In this document: positions 50,898 to 64,000 of the stretch, one piece after another
How positions within the stretch are numbered: position 1 is the stretch's first letter
How the letters are laid out: each line of letters starts with the position of its first letter
Assembly: GCF_009914755.1 (NCBI RefSeq)
Contig: NC_060933.1
Source of the DNA: the human T2T-CHM13v2.0 reference genome, Homo sapiens
Direction: 5' to 3' (one strand)
DNA: 64,000 nucleotides
Program-made: the position numbers and the translations under genes
The notes under the pieces: model-generated
Database searches by the model: none
Seen by the model: the letters and a program-made list of their open reading frames with translations, nothing else
Told to the model about the DNA's origin: nothing

Positions 50898-51336
50898 TCT
50901 GGATGGAGCTGGAGGTCATTAAGTTGAAATAATCTAGTCACAGAAAGACAAATACTGCATGTTCTTACTCATATGTGGGAGCTAAACAAATTGATCTCAT
51001 AGAGAATAGAATGGTAAATAGTAGGGACTGGGATGGGTTGGTGGTTGGAATTGGAGGATAAAGAGAGGTTGATTAATAGGTATAAACACATAGTTAGAAG
51101 AAATAAGTTTTAATGTTGGTTAGCCGACTAAAGTGACTATATCTAGCAACAGTATTTTGTATACTTCAAAGTAATAGAAAAGAGGACTTGAAATTATACC
51201 AACACATAGAAATAATACACAAGATCATGGATATCTCAAATATCCTGACTTGATCATAACACATTCCAAACATGTAACAAACATTCATCTGTACCCCTAA
51301 ATATATAAACTATCATGTATTAATAACAGAAAAAAA
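50898..51336 (+). mobile_element. L1MA 3' end
   Basis: ggatggagctggaggtcatt...gaaagacaaatactgcatgttcttactcatatgtgggagctaaa; A-rich tail. Confidence 0.88.
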
Positions 51337-51382
51337 TAGACCCAGTGAAGCTATGGGACCTGCAAGGATTTTAACCATAGGC

Positions 51383-51414
51383 AGCGATAAGGACTAACCT
51401 TAGTCCTTATCGCT
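51383..51414. repeat. Perfect inverted repeat, 15-bp arms, 2-nt spacer
   Basis: agcgataaggactaa-cc-ttagtccttatcgct. Confidence 0.97.
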
Positions 51415-52829
51415 CAGCAGAATTGGAAGACAGAAGGGAGAAAAAATAAAGCGTCTTCATAAATGACCTGCTGATTTCAGTTCATTCAGTTCCTTTATTC
51501 ATGGCAATGTTTGCTTCTACTGAGTTACATTTTCTATTTTGACAGTATGCACATTTAGATTGGTCATTCAAACTGCTCAGAGGAAAAATTGAAGACATGT
51601 CTCTGGGAGAACAGCCAATCAACTTAGGCAAGGGGGTAATGAAAGTCATAGCCACTTCATGTGCCAATCCAAATTTTATACTTTGGGAGGGGATTTTCTA
51701 TAATATGGTAGTTTTTGATTACTCAGACTTTGATGATCAAGTTTATCTTATTAGTGAAAGATAGAAAACCCAGGAATATATTTCTTAAAGTTGCACAGAA
51801 ATAATTAGGAATAACTCTGAAACTAATATTTTTTAATATCCATGTTTATGAAGGTTGGCAATTATATTACTTCCACTACCAGTCCTTGAATTGTTAATTA
51901 GAGAAAAAAGTGAAAAGACAAATGAAATGTTACGGGAACTGCATCAATATGTTTTCTAAATATTTTACTCATCAATGTCATCATTTTAGCTGAGTATAAT
52001 GAGGAATTATTAAGAGCCAGAGCTTTTCTATGCATTTTGAAAGCATTTTATGAGTTATTCTTATAGTTGGGTTCAAACTCTTTGTATCTCCATTTGGAGA
52101 AACTGTGACTTAGAACATTTTAATATTAGAACTTGTAATATTATATTCAAATACAGCATTTTTAGTTTTGTGGCAAAATTTTTGTTCAATTTTAATTTTT
52201 ATGTATTTATTTACAAGCAAGTTGACCACTTCCGTATGCTTATTAATAATTTGAAGCAATTCATGCCATTTCAACTTTCTTAGTTCTAGGCAACTAACTG
52301 GAGAAATATTTGTTTCTAAATGTATGAAATTGTGAAAACTGTGTATTAGTGAAAACCAATACAACAGTAGTTTATTTGGTGTGTATTTTTAAATATTTGA
52401 TAGTAAAACATAGCACATAGTAGCATACAGCAGACAAAATCAGTAAAATCCTCTTAAGGATTTTATACATTTCCTACATAGAAAATTTAGATGTTCTTGG
52501 TTGCAGCTATTTTTTTTTTCATTTATTTAATAAAATGTCTTTCCCTTTTAAAAGGTTCTTGTTAACTCTTGTGGCATGTTCTCTCTTTCTCTTACATATT
52601 TCTTTAAAATATAGAACAAGTAATACTGATTTGTAGCAATTAAGACAGGTTGCTGGTGTTTCTGATTCCTCAGTAAGACCATGGAAAATAGGATTTTTCT
52701 TAGGAAGTTAATCAGCAATCTATGGCAACAATCAGTACACTGTGTTCCAGTGATATTTCAAAATGTTTAACAGCATTAGATAACTTTTGCAGTAATTACA
52801 ATTAATATTCACAAATATAGCAATAGGAT

Positions 52830-52990
52830 TTATGTGTTACTGGATTTTTAAAAATCTAAAATGCCATGGATTATAAGACAACCCATTATTTCATAGAGCT
52901 TTACAAAAGAAAAAAAAGTTAAATTATTCCATTGGGTATGCATCCTAATTTCAGAGATGTTGAAATTTGAACAACAACATGTGGTAAACA
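52830..52990. mobile_element. Ancient TcMar-Tigger-like MITE remnant (MamRep-type)
   Basis: gccatggattataagacaacccattattt...gcatcctaatttcagagatgttgaaat. Confidence 0.45.
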
Positions 52991-53439
52991 CACATAGTAG
53001 TGATTGTTGTCATTAGTAGATGTTTGGAGTAGTGTTTATGAGCAAGGGAAATAAGCACACGTACACGGGGCTTGTGGGAGAAGATGCTGGGTCATTATTT
53101 CTACAGGTCATCTCGGCAATATCTATCCAAAGCGCTCAAACTATTCATACATTGTGATTCTCATTATGATTCCTCTTATTCAAAAGAGTAAGCAACTCTT
53201 ACTCTTTTGTATAAGAATGTAACTTCTTTTACTTAAAAGAAAGAGTACAAACATTTATAATAAAACATATAATGTCAATAAAAATACAAGCCAGTTGGCT
53301 AAACACATTATGCCCATCACTTACTGTATGGTGACTGTTTCTATTTTTTAAACACATTTACATATTAGGATCATACAGCAAATACTGTTCTTTGATCTAT
53401 TTTTTTTTCCACAGGGCAATATATCACAAGAATTTTTTT

Positions 53440-53555
53440 CTGTATTATGACAGAATGTGAGCTCCTCACAGGCAGCAATCTTTGCTCCCTTTACTAATAT
53501 ATCCAAAGTGCTTAAAAGAGAGCTTAACACATAGTGGGTACTTAATAAATGTTTA
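53440..53555 (+). mobile_element. L2 3' terminus
   Basis: agaatgtgagctcctcacaggcag...acatagtgggtacttaataaatgttt. Confidence 0.75.
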
Positions 53556-54177
53556 TAAAACTCTGTACCTATGACAGTGTTCAACCTTGAAAATGAAGGT
53601 TAGAAACACTGCTTACACTATGATCCCCAATTTTAAGTGTTTTTGTATGAACATTATAAAAAGACTACTTCTTCTTATTATCTGTATTCTTATTTCTAAT
53701 GTATTTTATGTCTTATTTTCTATAATGAACATCAATTCCTTAACAATTCAGAAATATTAAACATGTAATTTTTAAAATAGAAATGGCTTCATATATTTAT
53801 TTTTTATTTTATAAGACATTCAAGATAACACTTGTCTTTTTCATAATAAAATGATAATCATTTACATAAAAAGAGCATGAGCTTGAACCATTCTTACCCA
53901 AAATCTGAATCTTAGGCATATTACATTCTCAAATAAATCTAGAAATGAAAAGTTTCTCCCTTGCCTCCATTTGAAATACTGTTTATCTTTGTTTGCTTAA
54001 TGAAAGTCCCTTAGAGGTTAATGATATTAACTCTTTCTCACGTATGTGGCACATGGATTTTCACAGAAAGTCATTTGCTTTGGGTATTATCGTGTTTTGG
54101 AGGAACAGAAGATGCAAAGCTTTATGTAATGAAACACAAAATGGGCTCCATTTTGGTATCTTAATTAGAATGCCTTC

Positions 54178-54796
54178 TGTGGTAAGCAGCACGACCCCCT
54201 AAAGGTGTCCGTGCCTTAATCCCTGGAACCTGTGTTACCTTCCATTGCAAAAGGGACTTTGCAGAAGCAATGAAGACTATGGACCTTAAAATAGGAGGAT
54301 TGTCTGGGTAGGCCCATTCTAATCACACGAATCCTTAAAACGAAGAGAATTCTCTGGCTGTGGTTAGATGGATGTGGCGGAAGTCAGAGAGATTGAAAGC
54401 GTGAGAGGGAGGAACCTGCCATTCCTGCGGTGGGAGGACATATGGAAGGCATGAAAGGGAATGCAGGCAGCCTCGGGGACCAAAGACCATACCAGATGAC
54501 AGCCAGCAAGGAAATGAAGAAAATGGATCTGTGTCCTACCTCCAAAAGGAAGTGATTAAGGCCAGCAAGCTGTGTGAGCTTAGAAGCGGATTCATTCTTA
54601 CAGCCTCCAGGGAGGAACACAACACTGCCAACATCTTGATGTTGGCCTTGTGAGAATTTAAGCAGAGGACCCAGTTGAGCTGCACTGCATCTGGAATCCT
54701 AACCTACAGAACTATGACATAGTAAACGAGTGTTGTTTCAAAGCACTAGGTCTGTCACAAAGTATAATGGCGGCAACTTAAGAAAACACAAATAAG
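54178..54796 (+). mobile_element. MLT1D/E MaLR solo LTR, complete
   Basis: tgtggtaagcag...aatccctggaacctgtg...gcaaaagggactttgcag; gccttc flanks both ends. Confidence 0.88.
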
Positions 54797-54861
54797 CCTT
54801 CAATAAATTCAGTGAATACATATTTAGCTATGTATTTTTCTGGCACTTCTTAATATGTGTT

Positions 54862-55220
54862 CTTTCAGTTTTAATTGACACATAAGTGTGTATATTTGTG
54901 TGGTACAGTGGGATGTTTCCATATGAGTTACATTATGTAATGATCAAATCAGGGTCATTAGCATATTCATCACCTCAAATACTTATCATTTCTTTGTGGT
55001 GAGGGCATTCCAAATTTTATTTTATAGCCATTTTGAAATATACAATACATTGTCAACTATAGGCACTCTACTGTGTAGTGGAACACCAGAACTTATTCCT
55101 GCTATCTAATTGTAATTTTGTACCCAATCACCGGTCTCTCTCCATTCTCCCCACACAGCCTCTGGCAACCTCCATTCTACTCTCTACTTCTAGGAGATCA
55201 ACTTGTTTTGATTTTTTATG
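54862..55220 (-). mobile_element. L1MA 3' end
   Basis: ttttaattgacacataa...gtaatgatcaaatcagggtcattagcatattcatcacctcaaa. Confidence 0.85.
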
Positions 55221-55870
55221 TCTGATAACTTTAAATATTTGAAGTTTAGTTTTTTTCTTAAGGCTTTTTTCAATATGGACTTAAAAATATTTGTTCTCAA
55301 AATTATTTAGCCATTGTCATAACACTTGCTATGAAATAACTGGAGAATCATTTTCTTCACTAATTTAAAATACACCAATAAAGCATATAAAATCTTAGGT
55401 AAATTTATGGCCTTTTGCCTAAATTATATCTTGTTCCATTTCCATGCTGTAGATGAGTTTGTGTGAATGAGGCCTAGATAAAATCTATTGCGAAACAAAT
55501 TCAAACAAAACAAAAATAATGCAAAACAAAATCAAACAAAACAAAATATAGAACACACTGTCGTTGTGTTTCTTCCTCCATGTATGCTTATATGTTCATA
55601 TACAATATGAAAAATAATTGAAGAGCAAACTCCCAGTCTGTCCAGTGTGGGTGGAGGTTGACATTGAGGAAAACATTATTTAACAGTAGGAGAAGGTAAT
55701 AAAAACAGGAAATTATTTAATTTGGGAGAGGATTTGAGCATCGAGCAAATCAATCTGAAATTTCTCCTCTAGCCAACTCTGTTAAGTTGATACTCCTTTC
55801 GTCATTCCCTACTCCTACAAGGAAGTGCCAATTTCCTGGTATCTACAGTGGATTTTTTCCCCATAGCCTA

Positions 55871-56229
<359 letters not shown>

Positions 56230-56355
56230 AAAAAGAGAAAGAGAAAGAGAGAAAGAAAAAAAGAAAGAGAGAGAGGAAGAAAGACAGAGAGAGAGAAAGG
56301 AAGGAAGGAAAGGAAAGGAAAGGAAAGGGAAAGAAAAGAAAAGAAAAAAGAAAAA
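56230..56355. repeat. Polypurine (GA/GAAA/GGAAA) tract derived from the Alu tail
   Basis: ~125 nt almost exclusively A/G. Confidence 0.9.
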
Positions 56356-57474
56356 TGAATTTATTGAGTTTTTACCAGTTTTGTTTTTTTTTTGTTTTTG
56401 TTTTTCCCCCCCCTCAAAGAAAAGGGGGATTTCTTGTACTGTGGATAGGTAGGATTGTCCACACTATTTTTTATGGAAACTTAACTTTTTTTTTTTTTGC
56501 TTGCTTTTCTTTATTGCAGAAGGAGTAAGAAATACAAATATTTGTATGTACATGTGTATGTATATGCTATATTTATATCTCCAAGGCTTGAGTATTGAGC
56601 AATTTAAATGTTTTAAAGAAAAGTAAACATGGTTTTGTTGTTGTTGCTCGGATTTTATAGCCTATAGAAGACATATTTGAGAGAATATGGATTTTGAGGC
56701 ATGAGAAAACTCCTGATAAAAAATGTTAATATGGAGGGAGTCACCCCAGATTACTAAAAAGTTGGAGAACAAATGTCAAGTGAAGGAATGTGGAGGCAGC
56801 CCCACAGAGCACCATGAGAGCTTAGTGAATTTGCCCAAGAAAAAAGAGAACCCTCTGTCCTAAAAGTTAGAACTAGGGGAGAACCAAAGTAAAGGTCACT
56901 GAGGAACACAATGAAGGTCACTGAGGAAATGCAGTCATTTTTCACCTGATTATTAGCCACAATTGGAGTAAGAATTTCCATTCACTTGTAATCTGAAGAA
57001 ATCATCCCTTCTTCAACACAGCACCCCACCAACTAATTGTGCAGAAGGAGTGACACCCCTCATGACTTACTTCAGTAACTTTTGTTAGCCAAAGAAGATA
57101 CTCTAATTTCAGAAGATCTCAGATATCTGTAACCTGAGAAAAGGGGATTGGAGCCCTGGCTATCTATTGGTATGACAATATAGGATAGTACAGTGGTACT
57201 TGTATGTGGACAATGGACGATAGTTAATGAGGCAGTGATTAAAATTCTATAGTATTCCTGTTGCATTGAAAATATCAGTTCAGTATGAATCATTTTAGAA
57301 TATGAAAGAAGATCACTTACTAATCTAGAAGTTATTTAAAAAATAAGCATTATAAGATAACTGAGCTACACATTTCCCAGGACACACATGTGAGAGAGTA
57401 TATCTTTCCTAAGATACACATGCCAATTCTATAGATGGGCTATATAATGGAGTTAATTTAAAATATTCCTATTA

Positions 57475-58726
57475 CTATTTATCTTTGTTCTTATGGCATT
57501 TGCTTTTGGGTTCTTGGTCATGAAATCCTTGCCTAAGCCAACGCTTAGAAGGGTTTTTCCAATGTTAGCTTGTAGAATTTTTATAGTTTTAGGTCTTAGA
57601 TTTAAGTCCTTGATGAATCTTGAGTTGATTTTTGCATAAGGTGAGAGATGAGGATCCAGTTTCATTCTCCTACATGTGGCTTGCCAATTATCCCAGCACC
57701 ATTTGTTGAATAGGGTGTCCTTTCCCAATTTATGTTTTTGTTTGCTTTGTCAAAGATCAGTTGGCTGTAAGTATTTGGGTTTATTTCTGGGTTCTGTATT
57801 CTGTCCCATTGGTCTGTGTGCCTATTTTAACAGTACCATGCTGTTTTGGTGACTATGGCCTTATAGTATAGTTTGAAATCAGGTAATGTGATGCCTCTAG
57901 ATTTATTCTTTTTGCTTAGTCTAGCTTTGGCTATGTCGGCTTTTTGCACAGCAAAAGGAATAGTCAGCAGAGTAAACAGACAACCCACAGAGTGGGAGAA
58001 AATCTTCACAATCTGTACATCTGACAAAGGACTAAAATACAGAATCTACAAAGAACTCAAACAAATCAGCAAGAAAAAACAAACAAACAATCCCTTCAAA
58101 AAGTGGGCTAAGGACATGAATAGACAATTCTCAAAAGAAGATCTACAAATGGTCAACAAACATATGGAAAAATGCTCAACATCACTAATGATTAGGGGAA
58201 TGCAAATCAAAACCACAATGCAATACTACCTTACTCCAGCAAGAATGGTCATCATTAACAATTCAAAAAATAATAGATGTTGGCGTAGATGCGGTGAACA
58301 GGGAACGCTTCTACGCTGCTGATGGGAATGTAAACCAGTGCAACCGCTATGGAAAACAGTGTGGAGATTCCTTAAATAACTAAAAGTAGAACTACCATTT
58401 GATCCAGCAATCCCACTACTGGGGTATCTACCCAGAGGGAAATAAGTCTTTATATGAAAAGGATTATATATATATTATATACATATATATATATTATATA
58501 TATTTTATATATATAATATATATTGTATATTCATCATATATATGATGGATAAACTGTGATATATATATTCCACCATATACATATATACATATATATACAA
58601 ATGTACACATATACACACGTGTACACATGCATACACATGTACGCATATGTACACATGCATACACATGTATGCATATGTACACATGTACACATATGCATAC
58701 ATATATACACACGTATGCATATGTAT

Positions 58727-58760
<34 letters not shown>

Positions 58761-59150
58761 ATACATATATATATGATGGAATACAATTCAGCCATTAAAA
58801 GGAATGAATTAATGGCCTTTGCCGCAACCTCAATGAGATTGCAGGCTACTATTCTAAGTGAAGTAACACAGGAATGGAAAACCAAACATCGCATGTTCTC
58901 ACTCATAAGTGGAAGCTAAGCTATGATGATGCAAAGACATAAGAATGATACAATGGACTTTGAGGACTCAGGGGGAAAGGGTGGGAAGGGGGAGAAGGAT
59001 AAAAGACTACAAGCTGGGTGTAGTGTATACTGCTCAATGATAGGTACACCAAAATTTCACAAATCAACTGCTAAAGAACTTGCTCATGTAATCAAACACC
59101 ACTTCTTCCCGAATAACCTATGGAAATAAAAAAAAAATAAAAAATAAATT
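57475..59150 (+). mobile_element. L1PB1, 5'-truncated with 5' inversion (about 57475-57940 antisense, remainder sense)
   Basis: TSD aaatattcctatta at 57461-57474 and 59151-59164; ORF2 peptides on both strands; L1PB1-type 3' end ccgaataacctatggaaataaaa. Confidence 0.93.
58463..58775. repeat. Compound (TA)/(CA)/(TG) microsatellite inside the L1PB1 3' region
   Basis: Direct read. Confidence 0.9.
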
Positions 59151-60559
59151 AAATATTCCTATTAGTATCCATCACAAGGGATTTTGCTCTTTGAAGTTTG
59201 TGTGATCTCATGGTTACATATGTCCTTATGCAAGAGTTTGTGTTTAATCAAAATATATTCACTTAGATATAACCATAGTACCCATATGTGTGCAAAGGAA
59301 TACCCATGGATACACTATTTATCATTATGCTTAAGTTAAACAAATAATTTATACATTGTATTTAGTCCCATGTGTCAAAATGCCAAACTTAAATAGGTTA
59401 TATTAAAGACATCTTTAATGAATATTTTGTGATATATATCAGATAAAATAGCATATCAATAGAATATTCCTGAAGAATAGTAATTCTTTATGTGTATTAA
59501 ACATGTTACACATATATTATATAGAAATACCTTTACATATTCGGTAAAATATCCAGAGGTACCCTTTACATTTCCTTAAGAGTCTTATAGGGACGATATT
59601 ATACTGAATTATTTTCTACTGTTCACTTTGTAGAAAATCTTGCCTTTTTATTTACAAAGGTTGTTATTGCTAATACACAGAAATATTTTTAATCCATCAC
59701 TATCATCTGATATATCATTTGTGATTTTAGCAATGTTTTTCTAAGACTAGCAAAATCTACAAGAAATGATTTATTGCTAGTCTCCTTTCAAATGATACAG
59801 TGACAAATAAAAAGCTGAATTCATATAGTCTAGGGTATGGTTCAGTATTAAAGACTTGATTGTGTAAATCAGTCCATATCCTTCTGGTTGGTATCTAAAG
59901 TACCTAATAGGCTTGTGTATATGAAGGAGGCAATGAATTGAAATAATGTTAGCTTAAGTTAATTCTAAACATTTGCAAATATAGAAATATAAAACACAAT
60001 CTGCCCTCAACTTAAAATAACTTTTAGAATTACAAATTAAAATATATGATATCATTCACAGATCACACAAATCAGTATACAAAATTTATTGTTGGTGAAA
60101 CTGAAATCTATTGTTTAGAAAGGATTATTCTGCCCCAAAGAAACTGAAGGGATCAGAGAAAGAGAATGCCTCCAGACTGACAAGTAAGTAATTGGCATGA
60201 GTGGAGATGAATAGACTTATGCCAAAAAAGCTGCAGGTAAGAAGTTCCCAGTAGTCATTGAAAAACGAATGAAAGTAATCAGTGAGACAGAATAGGCCTT
60301 AAACATCTTCCTGCTCTCCAACACTGTGGAAGCAGGCTGAGGGTGGGGGGAATAAAAATCATCCTTAAAACAGAAAGTGGATAAAGAGAAAAGGCCAACA
60401 GATATAACCTCCCCCACCGCAGGATATCATCCCATCAAAGTGGGAAAGGGAAAAAGACATACATTTAAACAAAGTTAACAATGTTCATAGCTATATTGAT
60501 GTTGGCACAAAATTACACTGAATGGAAGACAACTTATACTTTTAAATGACTAGCAAGTC

Positions 60560-61010
60560 ATGGGAACTGGCTTAAATTCCATCGAGGAATAAAGGACCGG
60601 TTCCACAGATAAGTCATTAAGCTAAAGGAAAAATAAAAACATAATGAAGTTACTTTTAGAAAATATCCCTTGAAAACTGATTGTTCAACATGATTATTAT
60701 AAAGAATGTCTGTTATAGGAATATTCAAGAGGAAAAGTACCGTAGAACTGCAAAAACGAAAGCAGGAGAGAATTTTACAAAGCTGGGGGAAGTCAACAGT
60801 ATCACATATAGTAGAGAAAGAAGTCAAGAAATGGGACATTAAAAAGGTCACTGATTTGTGGAAAAAAGATATGTAATTGATGGAGAAAAAGTGGAGAAAA
60901 TAGTTTCAGCTCAGTAGTGCGAAGAGACAGGTGAACAAGAAATAAAGGTAACAGATACATGTATATATTGGAATATACATATTCATTTGAGAAATTTGGC
61001 AGCAAAGTAG
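60560..61010 (-). mobile_element. L2 fragment
   Basis: agtcaacagtatcacatatagtagagaaagaagtcaagaaat...aaggtcactgatt...gagaaatttggcagcaaag. Confidence 0.55.
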
Positions 61011-62329
61011 AAAAATAATAAGATGTTAAATAAAATGGAGTATGCGAAATCCTAAATAAGCAGTGTTGATAAAAGAATAAAATCTTTCCCTAATTTTCTG
61101 TGATATCCAAACTAATGTTTTTGTTTATTATATTTTTTCATCATCACTACATTAAGATTAAATGCAAAAACCATGTATCCTGATTAAAGACCTTTTTCCT
61201 GCAAACTGTCCTGCCACTTGTACAGGACTTAAGTTGCTGTCTGGCTTGGGCAAACTGCACACAGTTAGTACATTTGTACTACTACTATCCCCAACACTCC
61301 TTCAAAACCAAGAGACTCACGACTAGAGGCCTCAATTCCACCATGGCACAGAGGTACAAGAATAAGAGTAAAGGGGTTGCCAATGAGAAAATAGCCCTCC
61401 TTCCTCAAGGTGGACACAGTCCCACATCAGGGCTGAGTTATGCCTTTCTTCAGCCCCTTGGACAAGATGCCTTAACTACTGTATATGGTAGAAGAAACAA
61501 AATAGAAAATGGGGATGTCGAGTAGGAGAGGGCAGAGAGAAGAAAAAGGAGAGGAAATCCTGCCTTTACTATTCTCTCTATCCTGAGCTCATTATTCTTG
61601 GAAACCATTGCCCTACTTCAGAATCCCAACTCCACTTTGTTAAAAAAACAGTTACTTTTAATAAAATAATTTAAAAATAATAAAAAATGTTCATGGTAGA
61701 AAATTATGAAGTTATACAGAATACAGTTTTTGAAGAAGCAACTACTATAGACCTACTATAGACCTTTTGATTAACTATTTTATAGACCTTTTAAAACTTC
61801 TATTTAAAGAAGTCTTACAATTTTTTTGTTATAAGTTATTTACAAAATTTATATCCTATTTTTTCACAGTATTAAATGTTTATTTCTGTCCCATTATTGG
61901 TAAGCATAACTTTTAATGCCTTTCCCTCACTTGTCCCATATTTAATTAATCAATCTCTATCACAGTGGCTTATAAGAAAGTGATTTGTAAGAGGTGGACT
62001 TGAGTTTGAATTCTGGCTTTACTAATTCTCAGCTGTGCCATTTTGGCCAAAGATTTCCTTCTGAAGCTTCAGAATTTTATGATCCAGAGTGCCCCCTGTC
62101 TGACATTTTAGCTCATCATCACAGTTCTTGGTTCCTAAGCCCCTCATATTGTACTCTTTCGAACTAATACATGAGAATAATATTTTTACACTGCTAGAAA
62201 AATGGATGATACAATGGATGATAAATGTTTTTGCCCAGAGATTATCTAACCACGTCATAATAAGATCTTAGAATATTATTTAGTACCCATGACTCTATAC
62301 AGTAAATGAATATAATTATTACTACATTT

Positions 62330-62575
62330 CTAGAATCCAATAAAAGGTGACATTATATGAGTGCTTTACATGCCAGGCACAATGCTAAAGTAACACCCTT
62401 CTATTATCTGAGTCCCATGATAATGTCATAAATTAGTAACTCTTCCGATGCTCGTTAGGAATATAGGGAGACTCAGCCTTAGAAAGGACACACAATTTAC
62501 AGATGCCCACTGGCTCTTTTAGTAAATGTCTGAGTTGGGATTTTATCTGATACCAAGGCAACCACTAAATCCATG
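62330..62575 (-). mobile_element. MIR SINE
   Basis: tgagtgctttacatgccaggcacaatgctaa...gagttgggattttatctg. Confidence 0.6.
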
Positions 62576-64000
62576 CCCTTAACCAGGAAGCCTCAAGCAC
62601 TCAAGCCCTTACCCGATGTTCACCATAACAGTGTTGGGCTTCCTGGGCTGGGTGTGGATACAGCCCTTCCTCCAATATCTACAGTCTCAGCTTCTGGAAC
62701 TTTTTACCTTGGCTGGTGTTACTCATTCTATTCTTCAGGTATCTTAATTTCTTTGTTTTCATATATTTATCTTTATCTTTATGTGTTTCATTCTGAGTAA
62801 TTTCCACAAATTTATCTTCTACTATACCATTTTTTTCTCTTTGGTTTTATCCATGTCTTAATTCATATTTCTAAAATTCTAATTGCTATAATCAGTATTT
62901 CTAGAATTCCTGTAATTTAAAAACACTGGCACATCTCTATTGGCAAACACAAGCTTAAAAATAAAATAGAACATAGGCTGCCATTAACAATATAAACAAA
63001 TGCTATTAAATATCTAGTTATTAGTCAAATAAAGAATATTTAAAGACTTTATGAAGCAAATTGTAAAACTCAATTTAAGGATATTAAAGATCAATAGGTG
63101 AAGAAATATGTCAACTGACAGAATTATTTAATATTGTTACCATCTCAATTGTCCCCAGAGTATTCCCCTTGCTCTATGGGCTTGTTTCTATAATAGGTAA
63201 AATGCATTCTAAATCCAAGCAGATGAGTTACAATAAATTTTTGAAACATTGCAGTTGTTATCTGAGGACTGATCTTATGTTGTTTATGTGTGCGGTATAC
63301 ACCGACTAATAATTTGGGGGAAAATGACACGATAGAGGTACAAGAAAGCATAGAAACAAGAAAGACTTTCTAGCAAGGTCTTTGTGACACAAATTATTTG
63401 CCAGGATAATAGTGAACTTTGCAGTTGGAACTTAATAATGGCAGGAGAGGAAGTACAATTAACAGGTTTAAGTAAAAAATGTACACACCAGTATGTTTCT
63501 TTTTTGCACAAGCTCACAATGAAAAGATACAACTGTAATAAATTATTTTCCTCTGAGGATACTACTCATGGATCATTATGCATTCATTCATTTCTTCATT
63601 CATTCATTGTATTAGTCAGCCCCCGTTTTAAGGTTTAGGTACATCATCGAGAATCAACATTCTAGTCTGGCACACTGGCATGTGAAGACAGCCATTTATT
63701 TTGGTTTAAAAAGTGTCTTACGAGGTGTGTGGTGTTCAAGAGGAAGGAGGCATAAACATAGTTTGGGTATCTGTCTGTCAGCCCTATCTGACAACCAAGA
63801 GGCCCTCCCCTACATGGAGCTGGCATCAACTGTTTTGTGAGTTCCCTTTAACTGTTCTTTCTTCTCTGATTATTCTATGAATCTCGCAAGCTATGGGTAG
63901 TATTGCATAACAATTATAACAGAACCGTCCATCCTTCCGATTTTATTCACTGGATGCTAACTTTACACATATATTTAAAATCCTTTTGTACTAAAATGTT

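Noticed and set aside
57873-58322. Longest ORF (149 aa)
   Set aside because: Chimera of antisense and sense L1 ORF2 across the inversion junction; not a gene
58494-58919. His/Tyr/Cys-rich ORFs
   Set aside because: Translations of TA/CA/TG microsatellite
61741-61765. ctactatagac tandem duplication
   Set aside because: Ordinary 11-bp slippage duplication

Overview
AT-rich (about one-third GC, judged by eye), CpG-poor primate genomic DNA, very likely human or a close relative: it carries AluS/AluJ, L1PA/PB/MA/ME, L2, MIR, MaLR, MER4 and HERV elements. There is no CpG island and no protein-coding exon I can identify. The listed ORFs are repeat-derived or chance. The best-resolved structure is an internally deleted two-LTR HERV-S/HERVL18 (LTR18) provirus on the minus strand (20966-24444) with a tRNA-Ser(GCU) PBS, a PPT and a 5-bp TSD, nested inside a MER4D-type LTR. 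Other well-supported structures are a twin-primed (5'-inverted) L1PB1 with a 14-bp TSD, a complete Tigger2a and several Alus and L1s with TSDs. The most unusual observations are: three places where a repeat is broken and filled with a copy of sequence from 1-3 kb away (candidate templated-insertion repair scars); a perfect 15-bp-arm palindrome; a dense same-strand TGACA(G) motif cluster; and a few candidate small exons. I found no convincing new biological system. Repeat subfamily names come from recalled consensus sequences and need RepeatMasker/Dfam confirmation.
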